Shown piece by piece: positions 41,317 to 51,071 of a stretch of 64,000 bases of DNA. A model generated the notes under the pieces. The model saw nothing but the letters and a program-made list of their open reading frames with translations. It was not told the DNA's origin and searched no databases. Location of the stretch: NCBI GenBank assembly GCA_963662315.1, contig OY759353.1, positions 1,824,001 through 1,888,000 on the forward strand, read 5' to 3'. Source of the DNA: Geopsychrobacteraceae bacterium. GTDB lineage: Bacteria > Desulfobacterota > Desulfuromonadia > Desulfuromonadales > Geopsychrobacteraceae. Both the position numbers and the translations under genes were made by a program. Each line of letters opens with the position of its first letter. Position 1 is the first letter of the stretch.

Positions 41317-42936
41317 ATGCAACTGATCGATCAGAAAACCAAAACAATCATGGAAGGGTGCAAAGAACGGGCTCGCGATGCCGGCCTCACTTTTGAAGAA
41401 GAAACCCTCGAATACATTATCACCAACCGGGACATGATTGAGCTGATGCAGAAAAACATGATCCCGACCCTGTACGACTACTGGGTACATGATGTCGATG
41501 TTCTGCGCGAAAAAGGGAAATACGAACTTTATCCGCATAATCCGTATGAGACCGTCATCAACACGCGTCCGGCTATCTCGTTTTACAACGACAATAATCC
41601 GGACTGGCTCAACGTGATGATCTTTTATCATGTCATCGCCCATATCGACTTTTTCCAGAACAATCTCTACTTTCAGCACACCTGGGACTACGACCTGACC
41701 GGTAAAGCTCTGGCAGATAAGCGGCTCATATCCCGGCTACGCTCCGAACACGGCCGCTGGGTGGATTACATCATCGAGTTCGCCCGCGGCCTCGACAACC
41801 TGGTCGGCTATCATGCCGAGCTGTCAAAATTTCACAAGGTTGAAAACAAGTGCACTGGTCGCATCGATTATTACTTTGACGTGTTTCTGCAACAGGTCAA
41901 GCAGGCTCCCATCAGCGAATACATCGCAGAAGTAGAGCGCTACAACCTAGCCGTCAAAGAGCACGGCAATCTGGGTGAGGGGATTTTCTTTAGTGAAATA
42001 CAGAGCCGTCACCCGGAATTTGAAGCGGCTCTGGATAAATACCAGGCCAAACATAAACCCAAAAGTGCTGATCTGCTGCAATTCCTGATGGATCATTCTC
42101 CGTTCATCAACCGCACGGAAAACGAGTGGATGAAGTCAATTCTTGAAATCGTCCGCAGTACCTCCATCTATTTTCAACCCCAGGTCCGCACTAAAATCAT
42201 GAATGAGGGGTGGGCCAGCTACTGGCATGAGACCCTGTTCTTACAGGATGACCGGATCAAAGGGAATGAAATCAACTTTGCATGCATTAACGCCAAGGTC
42301 ACCAGTATGCCCAAAATGGGGTTCAACCCCTACGCTCTCGGGTTGCGCATGTTTGACTGGATTGAACAACAGGCTGAGCGAGGCTGTTATTCCTTTGAAT
42401 ACCAACGGCTGGCCGATCGCACGTCACGTGAGCAATTCCAAAAACTTGAGGCGTTTAGTAAAGGGCGTGAATTCATTTTCAAGGTCCGTGAAAACTACTG
42501 CGACTTTACTTTCATTAACAGCTTTATGGAGCAGGATTTTATCAACCACCACAAACTGTTTGTCGCCGGTCGGCGTCTCAACAAAGCCAAGATGGTCTGG
42601 GAGTTTTATATCCGCAGCCGCAAAGTCACCGACTATCGGCAGATGCTGTTTGATTCCCTTTATCATCCGCCCAAGATCGACATCGATCTGGACAAAACCA
42701 AGGATGACTGTCTCGTGCTGTCGCATGTTAATGAAGGCAAGCCACTGGTTGAGGAATACATTGCCAACACCATGCTTGGTATTGAGTACCTGTGGGGAGG
42801 TCCGGTTAAGCTGGCAACGGACGAAGCTGAGCTTATCGAAGACAAAGAGCGTGATCAGGATCTCCCTCCCAGAATCAACTGGACCAGAGTTCTGTATACT
42901 ATGCAGGACCGTAAGCTCAGGAAAGAAAGGCTCTAG
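41317..42936 (+). CDS. SpoVR/YcgB family protein
   Basis: YETVIN..P, HVIAHIDFFQNN, YFQPQVRTKIMNEGWASYWH, NPYALG. Confidence 0.93.
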   Translation: MQLIDQKTKTIMEGCKERARDAGLTFEEETLEYIITNRDMIELMQKNMIPTLYDYWVHDVDVLREKGKYELYPHNPYETVINTRPAISFYNDNNPDWLNVMIFYHVIAHIDFFQNNLYFQHTWDYDLTGKALADKRLISRLRSEHGRWVDYIIEFARGLDNLVGYHAELSKFHKVENKCTGRIDYYFDVFLQQVKQAPISEYIAEVERYNLAVKEHGNLGEGIFFSEIQSRHPEFEAALDKYQAKHKPKSADLLQFLMDHSPFINRTENEWMKSILEIVRSTSIYFQPQVRTKIMNEGWASYWHETLFLQDDRIKGNEINFACINAKVTSMPKMGFNPYALGLRMFDWIEQQAERGCYSFEYQRLADRTSREQFQKLEAFSKGREFIFKVRENYCDFTFINSFMEQDFINHHKLFVAGRRLNKAKMVWEFYIRSRKVTDYRQMLFDSLYHPPKIDIDLDKTKDDCLVLSHVNEGKPLVEEYIANTMLGIEYLWGGPVKLATDEAELIEDKERDQDLPPRINWTRVLYTMQDRKLRKERL

Positions 42937-42941
42937 TGCCT

Positions 42942-45308
42942 ATGACCAACAGAATGATCAGCCAAAACGAGATGTCATCCCCCATCGACCGGGCTATAAC
43001 CAACTTTTCCCGTGTGCAGCAAACCCACTACAACACGGAAACGATCCCCTTTGATCATTACCTGGAGCAGGTCACCGCCAATCCAACCAAAGCCATCCGC
43101 AATATATCCCAGGTTTTCTATGACATGATCAAAAGCTATGTCAAAGAAGGTGTCGACGAATATGAAGGGGACCCGGAATCGATTAACTTCATGTATTACG
43201 ACACGACCAAATTGTTTGTCGAAAATGCCGACAACCCCTTCTTTGCCGACCGCCTGTTCAGTAACAGACTGGTCAAGCTGGTCGATAATTTCCGCAGCAG
43301 TATCGCCCAGAACAAGATCTATATTTTCCGCGGCCCGCCCGGCAGCGGCAAAAGTACCTTTCTGGACAATTTACTGCGGGTTCTTGAACAGTATGCAAAC
43401 AGCCCTGCCGGTTGCAGCTTCGAAGCCGTATGGCGCCTGGACCGACGCATGCTCAACCAGTTTAGCGCCGTGCAGATGGACCGTCTGCTGATGAAGCTGG
43501 CCGAAATGATGGATGAGCAGGACCTGCAGGCGTCATCATTGCAGCAGGCCCAGCGCGCTCTGCAGCATGGTGAATTGTATATTGAAGTCCCCTGCCCCAG
43601 CCATGACAGCCCGATTCTGATGATTCCACGCGAATATCGACGTGACTTTTTCGACGATCTGTTTAAAAACGATGAGACCAAATGGAAACTGTTTACCGAA
43701 AAACAATACGAATGGGTGTTTCAGGACACACCATGCACCATCTGTTCATCCATTTATGAAGCATTGATCAGGCGCCTGCACAATCCCAAGCTGGCACTGC
43801 AGATGCTGTTTGCCCGCCATTACCAGTTCAACCGCCGACTCGGTACCGGAATCAGTGTTTTCAACCCAGGGGATCCGGCGCTTAGAAAAAATGTGCTGAC
43901 CAATGAAATCCTGCAGCAGCGCATTAACGCCCTGTTCAAGGACAGCGGTCAGGTCCAGTACCTGTTTTCCAACTTCGCCAAAACCAACAACGGCGTCTAC
44001 GCTCTGATGGATATCAAGGGGGACAATGTCGATCGGCTGCTGAAACTCCACAATATCATCAGTGAGGGAGTTCACAAGGTCGAAGACATTGAGGAGAAGG
44101 TCAATTCACTGTTTATTGCCCTGATGAACCCTGAAGATGAAGACAGTATCAAGAACCTGCCGTCATTATCGGACCGTATTGAATTTATCAAAATCCCCTA
44201 TATTCTTGATTTGCGCACCGAGGTTGAGATTTACCGCAACATTTTCAACCGCCATATTGATGACAGCTTTCTGCCCAGGGTCCTGCACAACTTTGCCCGG
44301 ATTATTATTTCAACCCGCCTCAAGCGCAATTCTGCAGCCATGAAAGACTGGATCAAAAAACCCGAGCGCTACAACAGCTACTGTGACAATAACCTGCACC
44401 TGCTTAAAATGGAGATTTACACCGGAAATATTCCGCCTTGGCTGGAAGAAGATGACCGCAAAGCACTCACCGCCAAACGACGCAAGCAGATTATTGCCGA
44501 ATCTGAAAGTGACGGTGACCAGGGGCTTTCGGGGCGTGACTCCATCCGTATTTTCAGTGAGCTGTATTCCACCCTGGCCAAGCAGGGGACACTCATTAAT
44601 ATGACCATGCTGAACAAGTTTTTCCGCAAAAATGAACTATGGATGCAGATGATTCCAGCTGGTTTTCTTGACGCCTTGATGCATATGTATGACTACACCA
44701 TCACCCAGGAGATCAAAGAAGCGCTCTACTACTACAACGAAGAGCAGATTGATCGAGACCTGAAGAATTACATGTTTGCGGTCAACTTTGAAAACAAGGC
44801 AACGGTTGACTGCATCTATACCGGCGATCGTCTGAACATCAGTGAAGCCTTTTTCCACGCCATTGAAATCCGGCTGTTTGCCGGTGCCGATGATGCCGAG
44901 AAGACACAAAAATTCCGCCGTGACATCCAAAAAGAATACACCAGCAAAACCCTGACACAGGAAATTCAGCTGGAGAAAAAGAATATCAAAGAGACCAAGC
45001 TCTATGCCTATTTATATGAACGCTATGTCCACTTTCTTAAAGAAAAGGTCCTTGAACCGTTTCTGGATAACGAAAATTTCCGCAGCGCCATTAAGGATTT
45101 TGGTCATGACGATTTTAAGACCTACGATACCCGGATACGCAATGATGTGACCTTCCTGATCAACAATCTGTGTGATAAGTTCAACTATTCACGCCTGGGA
45201 GCCAAAGAGGTGTGCCTCTACTTTATCGACAACAAGATTGCGGAGAAAGCAGTAAATCCGCTACCGGTGACCAGTGAAGAAGAATTGGAAACAACTGAAG
45301 CTGATTAA
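42942..45308 (+). CDS. PrkA/YeaG-family AAA+ protein (copy 2)
   Basis: GPPGSGKST, CPSHDSP, SLSDRI..IPY, GLSGRDS. Confidence 0.82.
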   Translation: MTNRMISQNEMSSPIDRAITNFSRVQQTHYNTETIPFDHYLEQVTANPTKAIRNISQVFYDMIKSYVKEGVDEYEGDPESINFMYYDTTKLFVENADNPFFADRLFSNRLVKLVDNFRSSIAQNKIYIFRGPPGSGKSTFLDNLLRVLEQYANSPAGCSFEAVWRLDRRMLNQFSAVQMDRLLMKLAEMMDEQDLQASSLQQAQRALQHGELYIEVPCPSHDSPILMIPREYRRDFFDDLFKNDETKWKLFTEKQYEWVFQDTPCTICSSIYEALIRRLHNPKLALQMLFARHYQFNRRLGTGISVFNPGDPALRKNVLTNEILQQRINALFKDSGQVQYLFSNFAKTNNGVYALMDIKGDNVDRLLKLHNIISEGVHKVEDIEEKVNSLFIALMNPEDEDSIKNLPSLSDRIEFIKIPYILDLRTEVEIYRNIFNRHIDDSFLPRVLHNFARIIISTRLKRNSAAMKDWIKKPERYNSYCDNNLHLLKMEIYTGNIPPWLEEDDRKALTAKRRKQIIAESESDGDQGLSGRDSIRIFSELYSTLAKQGTLINMTMLNKFFRKNELWMQMIPAGFLDALMHMYDYTITQEIKEALYYYNEEQIDRDLKNYMFAVNFENKATVDCIYTGDRLNISEAFFHAIEIRLFAGADDAEKTQKFRRDIQKEYTSKTLTQEIQLEKKNIKETKLYAYLYERYVHFLKEKVLEPFLDNENFRSAIKDFGHDDFKTYDTRIRNDVTFLINNLCDKFNYSRLGAKEVCLYFIDNKIAEKAVNPLPVTSEEELETTEAD

Positions 45309-45384
45309 TGTCCTTCAACGCAGTGACCCGCCTTATTACGGTCACAGCGTTGATCTTTCCCGAAAAACCCGTTAGCATCCGCAC

Positions 45385-45798
45385 ATGAACAAAGACACCG
45401 CTCCCAATACAGCTTCAGGCCAGGCTAAACAAACCGTTGAAGATCCAGGCGTTTATGCGCCGGGATTGAAAAAAATCAGAGTCAGGCGACGCTGGTTATG
45501 GCTGGTCATTCTTGTTTATCTGCCAGCCATGAAACTAGCGCTGGATTCACCCGATTATCGCTTCTGGGCCATGATGGTCTTTGGAACCTGGTTGCTCCTG
45601 CTGATCCTGGCGGTGGGATTTGCCTGTGTCTTACGCTGCCCTCGCTGTGGACAGCTGTTTCATACTCATGGACCAACCTTTCTACCATTGCGGCGTTGTC
45701 TGCACTGTACTCTTCATGTCAACGCGGATAAACGCCCGGCAGAGCCTCCACCACCTGATAAACTTGCAGCTGGCAGCAATAAAAACCGCCCCACATAA
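45385..45798 (+). CDS. 2-TM protein with C-terminal zinc ribbon (paralog A)
   Basis: GLKKIR.RRRWLW...CPRC...CLHC. Confidence 0.75.
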   Translation: MNKDTAPNTASGQAKQTVEDPGVYAPGLKKIRVRRRWLWLVILVYLPAMKLALDSPDYRFWAMMVFGTWLLLLILAVGFACVLRCPRCGQLFHTHGPTFLPLRRCLHCTLHVNADKRPAEPPPPDKLAAGSNKNRPT

Positions 45799-45831
45799 TC
45801 GCAAACAACTCAGATCGGACACAGAAAGCCT

Positions 45832-46143
45832 ATGGAAACGACCGGTAAAAGTAACCTAGAGCTGGAACAGGGCCTGAAAAAAATCCACCACAGACGCTGG
45901 TTTCTCTGGATTTTGATCATCATCTATCTGCCCATGATGATGCTTGCCATGCGTGCCGCCAATGCCGGGCAGATGATTATCATCGCCTTTATCTCTTGGC
46001 TGCTTCTGTTAATCATCGCTGTTGCGCTGCTGGCCTTGGCCCGTTGCCCCCAATGCGGAAACTGCTTCCATATGAACGGTTATTCGTTTCGCCCCGTGCG
46101 CAGGTGCTTTCACTGCGGACTTCATATTAAGGGGAATAAATAA
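45832..46143 (+). CDS. 2-TM protein with C-terminal zinc ribbon (paralog B)
   Basis: GLKKIHHRRWFLW...CPQC...CFHC. Confidence 0.75.
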   Translation: METTGKSNLELEQGLKKIHHRRWFLWILIIIYLPMMMLAMRAANAGQMIIIAFISWLLLLIIAVALLALARCPQCGNCFHMNGYSFRPVRRCFHCGLHIKGNK

Positions 46144-46162
46144 AATAAATTTCAGCCCCCCT

Positions 46163-46196
46163 ATTGATATTGAAATCAGCTTTCAGCTAATATCAA
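46163..46196 (+). promoter_or_regulatory. candidate Fur-type operator upstream of bfd
   Basis: TGAAA-tcagc-TTTCA nested in ttgatatt...aatatcaa. Confidence 0.5.
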
Positions 46197-46279
46197 AATC
46201 AGCAAGCGAAGTTAGCCTCTCTAACTCTGTGTAACCCATAATTAAACTTATCAATCTATTAAAGAATTAAGGAAACGAT

Positions 46280-46507
46280 ATGTCACAAAACGAAACTATC
46301 TGTCATTGTCTGGGTGTTGATTCTCAAACTATTCGTGAAGCTATCAGCGAAAAATCCGCATCATCGGTAGAAGAAATTCAGGACATCACTGGAGCAGGTA
46401 CTGGTTGCGGTGGCTGTGTAGAAGATATTGAAAGTATCCTTGCTGAAGGGTCTTCTTCATGCGGCTGTGGCGATAAAGCCCCTAAGACGTGTGGCTGCAG
46501 TCACTAA
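46280..46507 (+). CDS. BFD-like [2Fe-2S] protein with Cys-rich tail
   Basis: ICHC...GTGCGGC; tail CGC..CGCSH. Confidence 0.88.
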   Translation: MSQNETICHCLGVDSQTIREAISEKSASSVEEIQDITGAGTGCGGCVEDIESILAEGSSSCGCGDKAPKTCGCSH

Positions 46508-46529
46508 TACTAATTTTTAGCTTTCCCTT

Positions 46530-46564
46530 AAGCCCCTGATTCTTGGTTAGTCAGGGGCTTTTTT
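46530..46564 (+). terminator. intrinsic terminator
   Basis: aagcccctga...tcaggggctt followed by tttt. Confidence 0.85.
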
Positions 46565-46835
46565 ATTTCACCCGGCCTGTCAAATCTCCTACCCTCGGAA
46601 TGAAACCTCTCAGATCGACAAAAACTTATTGCCACATAAAAAGCTCTGACCCCCACCGCTATTAGCAGCCTTTGTTACGACAACAAACAGCATATTCAAT
46701 TTTTTACACTATAATACAATTATTTCAGCCTTTGTCCTAGACAAATATACAACCACTCGATATATTACTAGAAAGGTATTAGTTGTACAGGAAGAACCGT
46801 ACAAATCCTTAATCAGATCAACAGGGGGAAAGCCC

Positions 46836-47411
46836 ATGAAAAAAGCTAAGCAACTCAAACAGCGTAGCTCATTTTTCTTCATATTTATCGCAGCGCTGAT
46901 GCTGCTACCCATATCAGGTTGCGCTATCGATATGACCACCTATGCCGATAACCGTCCGGTATTCGACCTGTTTAACTACTTTTCAGGGACGACCCGTGGC
47001 TGGGGAATTGTGCAGGATCGCAAAGGGGAACTGCTGCGCCAGTTTGTCGTCACAATTGAAGGGACAAGAAACGCTGCCGGAGAACTGATTCTCGATGAGA
47101 CATTTTACTGGAGTGATGGCGAAATCAGTGAACGGACCTGGGTTATCGCCAGAGAGGATCGCAACAGATTCACTGGCAGCGCAGGCGATGTTATTGGCAG
47201 CGCACAAGGGCAGAGTGTCGGGAATGTCCTCAATTGGCATTACCAGGTTGAAATTCCAGTTTCCGACACAACCTGGAACATCAGCTTTGACGATTGGATG
47301 TTCCTGCAACCAGACGGTGTCCTGCTGAACCGGGCGCAAATGAGCAAATTCGGCTTCCGCGTTGGTGAAGAGACCATCGCCTTTATAAAAACGCCCGCAA
47401 AGGAGAACTGA
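46836..47411 (+). CDS. DUF3833 family lipoprotein
   Basis: Lipobox ISGC, YFSG...WG, FDDWM, NRAQMSKFG. Confidence 0.85.
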   Translation: MKKAKQLKQRSSFFFIFIAALMLLPISGCAIDMTTYADNRPVFDLFNYFSGTTRGWGIVQDRKGELLRQFVVTIEGTRNAAGELILDETFYWSDGEISERTWVIAREDRNRFTGSAGDVIGSAQGQSVGNVLNWHYQVEIPVSDTTWNISFDDWMFLQPDGVLLNRAQMSKFGFRVGEETIAFIKTPAKEN

Positions 47412-47412
47412 A

Positions 47413-47946
47413 ATGAAAACCATCAGCCAGATTCTAAGCATAGGCCTTTTCTGTCTTCATTTCAGCCTGGTCATGGCAACGGCCAAAGACACATTACCGC
47501 AGGACATGAACTTGCTCGGGCAGGGGGAGGTCCGCTACCTGAAGTTGATTAAGGTCTATTCAGCCAAGTTGTATGCCACGAAGAAAGATATGGACCAGAA
47601 TCCTTCTCGCTGTCTGGTCCTTGAATATGCGGTCAGCCTGCAGCCCCAAGACATGATTACCGCTGCCAATACGGTCCTTGAAAAGCAGTATTCAGCCGCG
47701 ACACTCGCCCGCTTTCAAAGCCAGATTACCGATCTGCACAGTAGCTACCAAAAAGTCTCAGAAGGAGATCACTACAGCCTGTGTTACGACTCAGTCCGCC
47801 AGGTGACGACATTGTCACTTAACAACCAGCTGCTGACCACTATTCCTTCTGCAGAATTTGCTCAACTGTATTTTGGTATCTGGCTTTCCGCGAATAAGCC
47901 GATTGATGCTGCTCTGCAGCGCCAGTTGCTAGCGTCCCGTGAATAA
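47413..47946 (+). CDS. chalcone isomerase-like protein
   Basis: Signal peptide, G.G..Y..IKVY.A.LY, FA..YFGIWLS. Confidence 0.8.
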   Translation: MKTISQILSIGLFCLHFSLVMATAKDTLPQDMNLLGQGEVRYLKLIKVYSAKLYATKKDMDQNPSRCLVLEYAVSLQPQDMITAANTVLEKQYSAATLARFQSQITDLHSSYQKVSEGDHYSLCYDSVRQVTTLSLNNQLLTTIPSAEFAQLYFGIWLSANKPIDAALQRQLLASRE

Positions 47947-47957
47947 GGAGGGCGATC

Positions 47958-48383
47958 ATGATTGCACTTGAACGCTTCATCAGCACTTACCAGAAGCTTG
48001 ATAAGAACAATCTGTCTAGGCTCAGTTCTGTCTACAGTAGCAATATCATCTTTACTGATCCGTTGCATGAGATCAGCGGTCTTGATTCGTTAATGAATTA
48101 TTTTAAAAGCCTTTATCAGAATGTCGATGCTGTCACCTTCGTTTTTGGTGAAACGATTGCCGAGCAAGACAGAGCCACCATCACCTGGGTCATGACCGTC
48201 CGTCATCCGCGCCTGAACGGCGGACAGGCATTTAACGTCGATGGAGTCAGCTGCCTGCACTTCAATACGGAAGGACTGGTTAGCGCTCACCGTGACTATT
48301 TTGATCTTGGTGCCCTGCTCTATGAACAGATCCCGCTGCTAAAGCGGATCATCAAAAAGATCAAAGAAAGGCTGACATCATGA
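47958..48383 (+). CDS. NTF2/SnoaL-like protein
   Basis: FTDPLH.I.G, HPRLNGG, HRDYFD. Confidence 0.85.
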   Translation: MIALERFISTYQKLDKNNLSRLSSVYSSNIIFTDPLHEISGLDSLMNYFKSLYQNVDAVTFVFGETIAEQDRATITWVMTVRHPRLNGGQAFNVDGVSCLHFNTEGLVSAHRDYFDLGALLYEQIPLLKRIIKKIKERLTS

Positions 48384-49099
48384 TTATCGTTATTACCGGG
48401 GCAACCTCCGGCATCGGTCGCCAGCTCGCTCTCGATTATCACCAGGAGGGGCATGATGTCTGGGCTATCGGTCGCTCGGCTCAAGCGTTAAAAGAATTAG
48501 CCGATCAGGGCCTCAAAACCGCCCAAATTGATTTGCTCGACCGTAAGCAGTCACTGGCATGGTTTGCAAATCTCGAGCGGGTTGACCTTGCGATTCTGGC
48601 GGCTGGGACCTGCGAATACATTGACCTGCCTGACTTTGACAGTGCTTTGGTCAGTCGCGTCATGCGTGCCAATGTCGATACCATGGCTATTGCGATTGAA
48701 GGGTTGCTCCCGGCGCTGAGGCACAGCGTTAAGCCAAAACTGGTCGGTGTTGGATCCGCTGCCGCGTACCTGCCCATGCCCCGTGCCGAAGCCTATGGCG
48801 CATCAAAAGCAGCGATTAACTACCTGCTTGACACCCTGCGTATCAGTTTAAGCAAAGAGGGTATCCTGGTCAGCCATGTCTGTCCGGGCTTTGTCAAAAC
48901 ACCGTTGACCGATCGCAACGACTTTCCCATGCCTTTTCTGATTGATGTTACAGACGCCAGCAAAGCCATCAGGGAGGGGATTGCCCATAACCGGCTGGAA
49001 ATTCATTTCCCTAAAAAATTCACCCTGCTGCTGAAAGCGCTGGCATTACTGCCTGACTGGCTGTGGTGCAGGCTCGCCCAAAGGATGATCCGCTCATGA
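48380..49099 (+). CDS. short-chain dehydrogenase/reductase
   Basis: TGATSGIG, YGASK, PGFVKTPLT. Confidence 0.92.
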   Translation: MIIVITGATSGIGRQLALDYHQEGHDVWAIGRSAQALKELADQGLKTAQIDLLDRKQSLAWFANLERVDLAILAAGTCEYIDLPDFDSALVSRVMRANVDTMAIAIEGLLPALRHSVKPKLVGVGSAAAYLPMPRAEAYGASKAAINYLLDTLRISLSKEGILVSHVCPGFVKTPLTDRNDFPMPFLIDVTDASKAIREGIAHNRLEIHFPKKFTLLLKALALLPDWLWCRLAQRMIRS

Positions 49100-50328
49100 A
49101 AAAAGTTGCTGTTATCGGTTCCGGAATTGCAGGATTGACCTGTGCCTACTACCTTTGTCGTCGCTACCAGGTGACCGTTTTCGAGGCCAACGATTATATC
49201 GGCGGACATACGCATACCATACCGGTCGATTATGATCACGAACAGACCGCAATTGATACCGGCTTTATCGTCTTCAACAACCGTACCTATCCCAACTTCA
49301 TCCGTCTGATGGATGAGCTGAAGGTTCCCTATCAGCCAACGGAGATGAGTTTTTCGGTGCGCAACGATGCCATCGAACTGGAATATAACGGTCGCAATCT
49401 GCACACCCTGTTCGCTCAGCGAAGCAACCTGACCAACCCGACATTCTGGCGCATGCTGTGGGATATTCAACGCTTTAACCGCCAGGTCAGCAAAGCGGCG
49501 CAAGCAGGAAGCATGGCCACCATCGGTAACTATCTGGATTCAACCCGTTTCGGTGAGTTGTTTGCTAAAAACTATCTATTGCCCATGATCTCAGCAATCT
49601 GGTCGATGGGACTGGAAGAAAGTCGCCAGTTTCCGCTGCGCTTTTTTGTTCAATTTTTTGAAAATCACGGTCTGCTTAACATTGTCCATCGCCCCCAGTG
49701 GTATTCCATTATTGGCGGGTCTCACAGTTATATTCCGCTGATAACAGCACCGTACCGTAATAACATTCGCCTCTTAAGTCCAGTGACCGAGATTAACCGT
49801 GGCCAGCAGTCGGTTTTAGTGCGTGGACCATGGGGAGAAGAGCGCTTTGACGAAGTGATTCTTGCCTGCCATGGCGATCAGGCATTGCAATTGCTAACGA
49901 CACCGACAGATGCAGAACAAAGAATTCTGGGCGATCTGACTTTCACCGATAACCTCGTGGTTCTGCATACCGACACCAGTATTCTTCCCAAAAACAATAA
50001 AGCCTGGGCAAGTTGGAATTACCGGGTCGAACCAGATAACCAAAAACCGACCCTGACCTACAATATGAACATTCTGCAACAGTTGCACAAAAAGCATACC
50101 TACCTGGTCACCCTGAACCAGGAGATCGCTGCCGATAAAATTCTTGGCACCTTCAACTATTCACATCCGGCCTATACGCTGAAAACATTGGCGGCCCAAG
50201 CTCAGTGGCGGCAGATTTCAGGGGCTGATCGAGTCCACTTTTGCGGTGCCTATTGGTTTAATGGCTTCCATGAGGACGGCGTCAACAGCGCTTTACGGGT
50301 GTGCAAAGATTTGGGGGTAACACCATGA
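49096..50328 (+). CDS. FAD-dependent oxidoreductase (UfaD/RSP1091-like)
   Basis: GSGIAG, GGHTHT, DTGFIVFN..TYP, WASWNY, GFHEDG. Confidence 0.88.
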   Translation: MKKVAVIGSGIAGLTCAYYLCRRYQVTVFEANDYIGGHTHTIPVDYDHEQTAIDTGFIVFNNRTYPNFIRLMDELKVPYQPTEMSFSVRNDAIELEYNGRNLHTLFAQRSNLTNPTFWRMLWDIQRFNRQVSKAAQAGSMATIGNYLDSTRFGELFAKNYLLPMISAIWSMGLEESRQFPLRFFVQFFENHGLLNIVHRPQWYSIIGGSHSYIPLITAPYRNNIRLLSPVTEINRGQQSVLVRGPWGEERFDEVILACHGDQALQLLTTPTDAEQRILGDLTFTDNLVVLHTDTSILPKNNKAWASWNYRVEPDNQKPTLTYNMNILQQLHKKHTYLVTLNQEIAADKILGTFNYSHPAYTLKTLAAQAQWRQISGADRVHFCGAYWFNGFHEDGVNSALRVCKDLGVTP

Positions 50329-51071
50329 CACAAGTTTCATCAGGTCTGTGTATCGGCACTATTGAGCACGAGCGCTACCTCCCCAAAGAGCACCGTTTTC
50401 GCTATCCGTTCTTCATGTGGCTGCTCAATCTTGATCAGGTTGCTTCCCTGCCGGACCTGGGGATCTGGTTTTCACCGCGCCGCTTTGCCTTAAGTCGTTT
50501 TAGACGCAGTGACTATCTGGGCGCCCCGGAGACACCCCTGCATGAGGCCGTCAAGCAGCGCATGCAGCAGCTCACCGGGGTTACAGTAACAGGCGAGGTT
50601 TACGGACTGCTCAACCTGAATACCCTGGGGCTCTATTTCAGCCCGGTCAATTTCTATTTCGGCTACAATAGCGACGGAACCTGCAGCCACTTTCTGGCAG
50701 AAGTTTCAAACACACCTTGGAATGAGCGGCATCACTACGGCTTTACCGTCAATGGAGAAACGCTTGATATTCGCCACGCCAAGCAGTTCCATGTGTCCCC
50801 TTTCAACCCGGATAACCAGCAGTATCATTGGGCGATAACGCCTCCGGGGGACCAGTTGGCCATTGATATCGCCGTCGATGATGAGCGGGGACACGTCTTT
50901 AAGGCCATACTCAGACTGGCCCATAAACCGCTGACACTTCCCGTAGTGCGCCGCCAACTCCTGAAACGTCCGCTCATGACCGGCCTGACACTGATCGGCA
51001 TCTACTGGCAGGCGCTGCGTATTTATCTGAAGAAGATCCCTTATGTCCCTTACCAGAAGGAGAACCTATGA
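50325..51071 (+). CDS. DUF1365 family protein (UfaO/RSP1090-like)
   Basis: H.R..P..H.F.Y, FSPVNFY, AEVSNTPWNERH, FHVSPF, IYWQAL. Confidence 0.88.
   Translation: MTQVSSGLCIGTIEHERYLPKEHRFRYPFFMWLLNLDQVASLPDLGIWFSPRRFALSRFRRSDYLGAPETPLHEAVKQRMQQLTGVTVTGEVYGLLNLNTLGLYFSPVNFYFGYNSDGTCSHFLAEVSNTPWNERHHYGFTVNGETLDIRHAKQFHVSPFNPDNQQYHWAITPPGDQLAIDIAVDDERGHVFKAILRLAHKPLTLPVVRRQLLKRPLMTGLTLIGIYWQALRIYLKKIPYVPYQKENL

Noticed and set aside
42203..43054. 283-aa alternative-frame ORF (also 14743-15384, 19251-19823, 62223-62810 and similar)
   Set aside because: They overlap well-supported genes, have low-information composition and show no motifs
46710..46810. TACA/GACA repeats upstream of the cfa operon as a CarH/LitR-type operator
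   Set aside because: Spacing is irregular (8 and 14 bp, not an 11-bp period) and no such regulator is in the window
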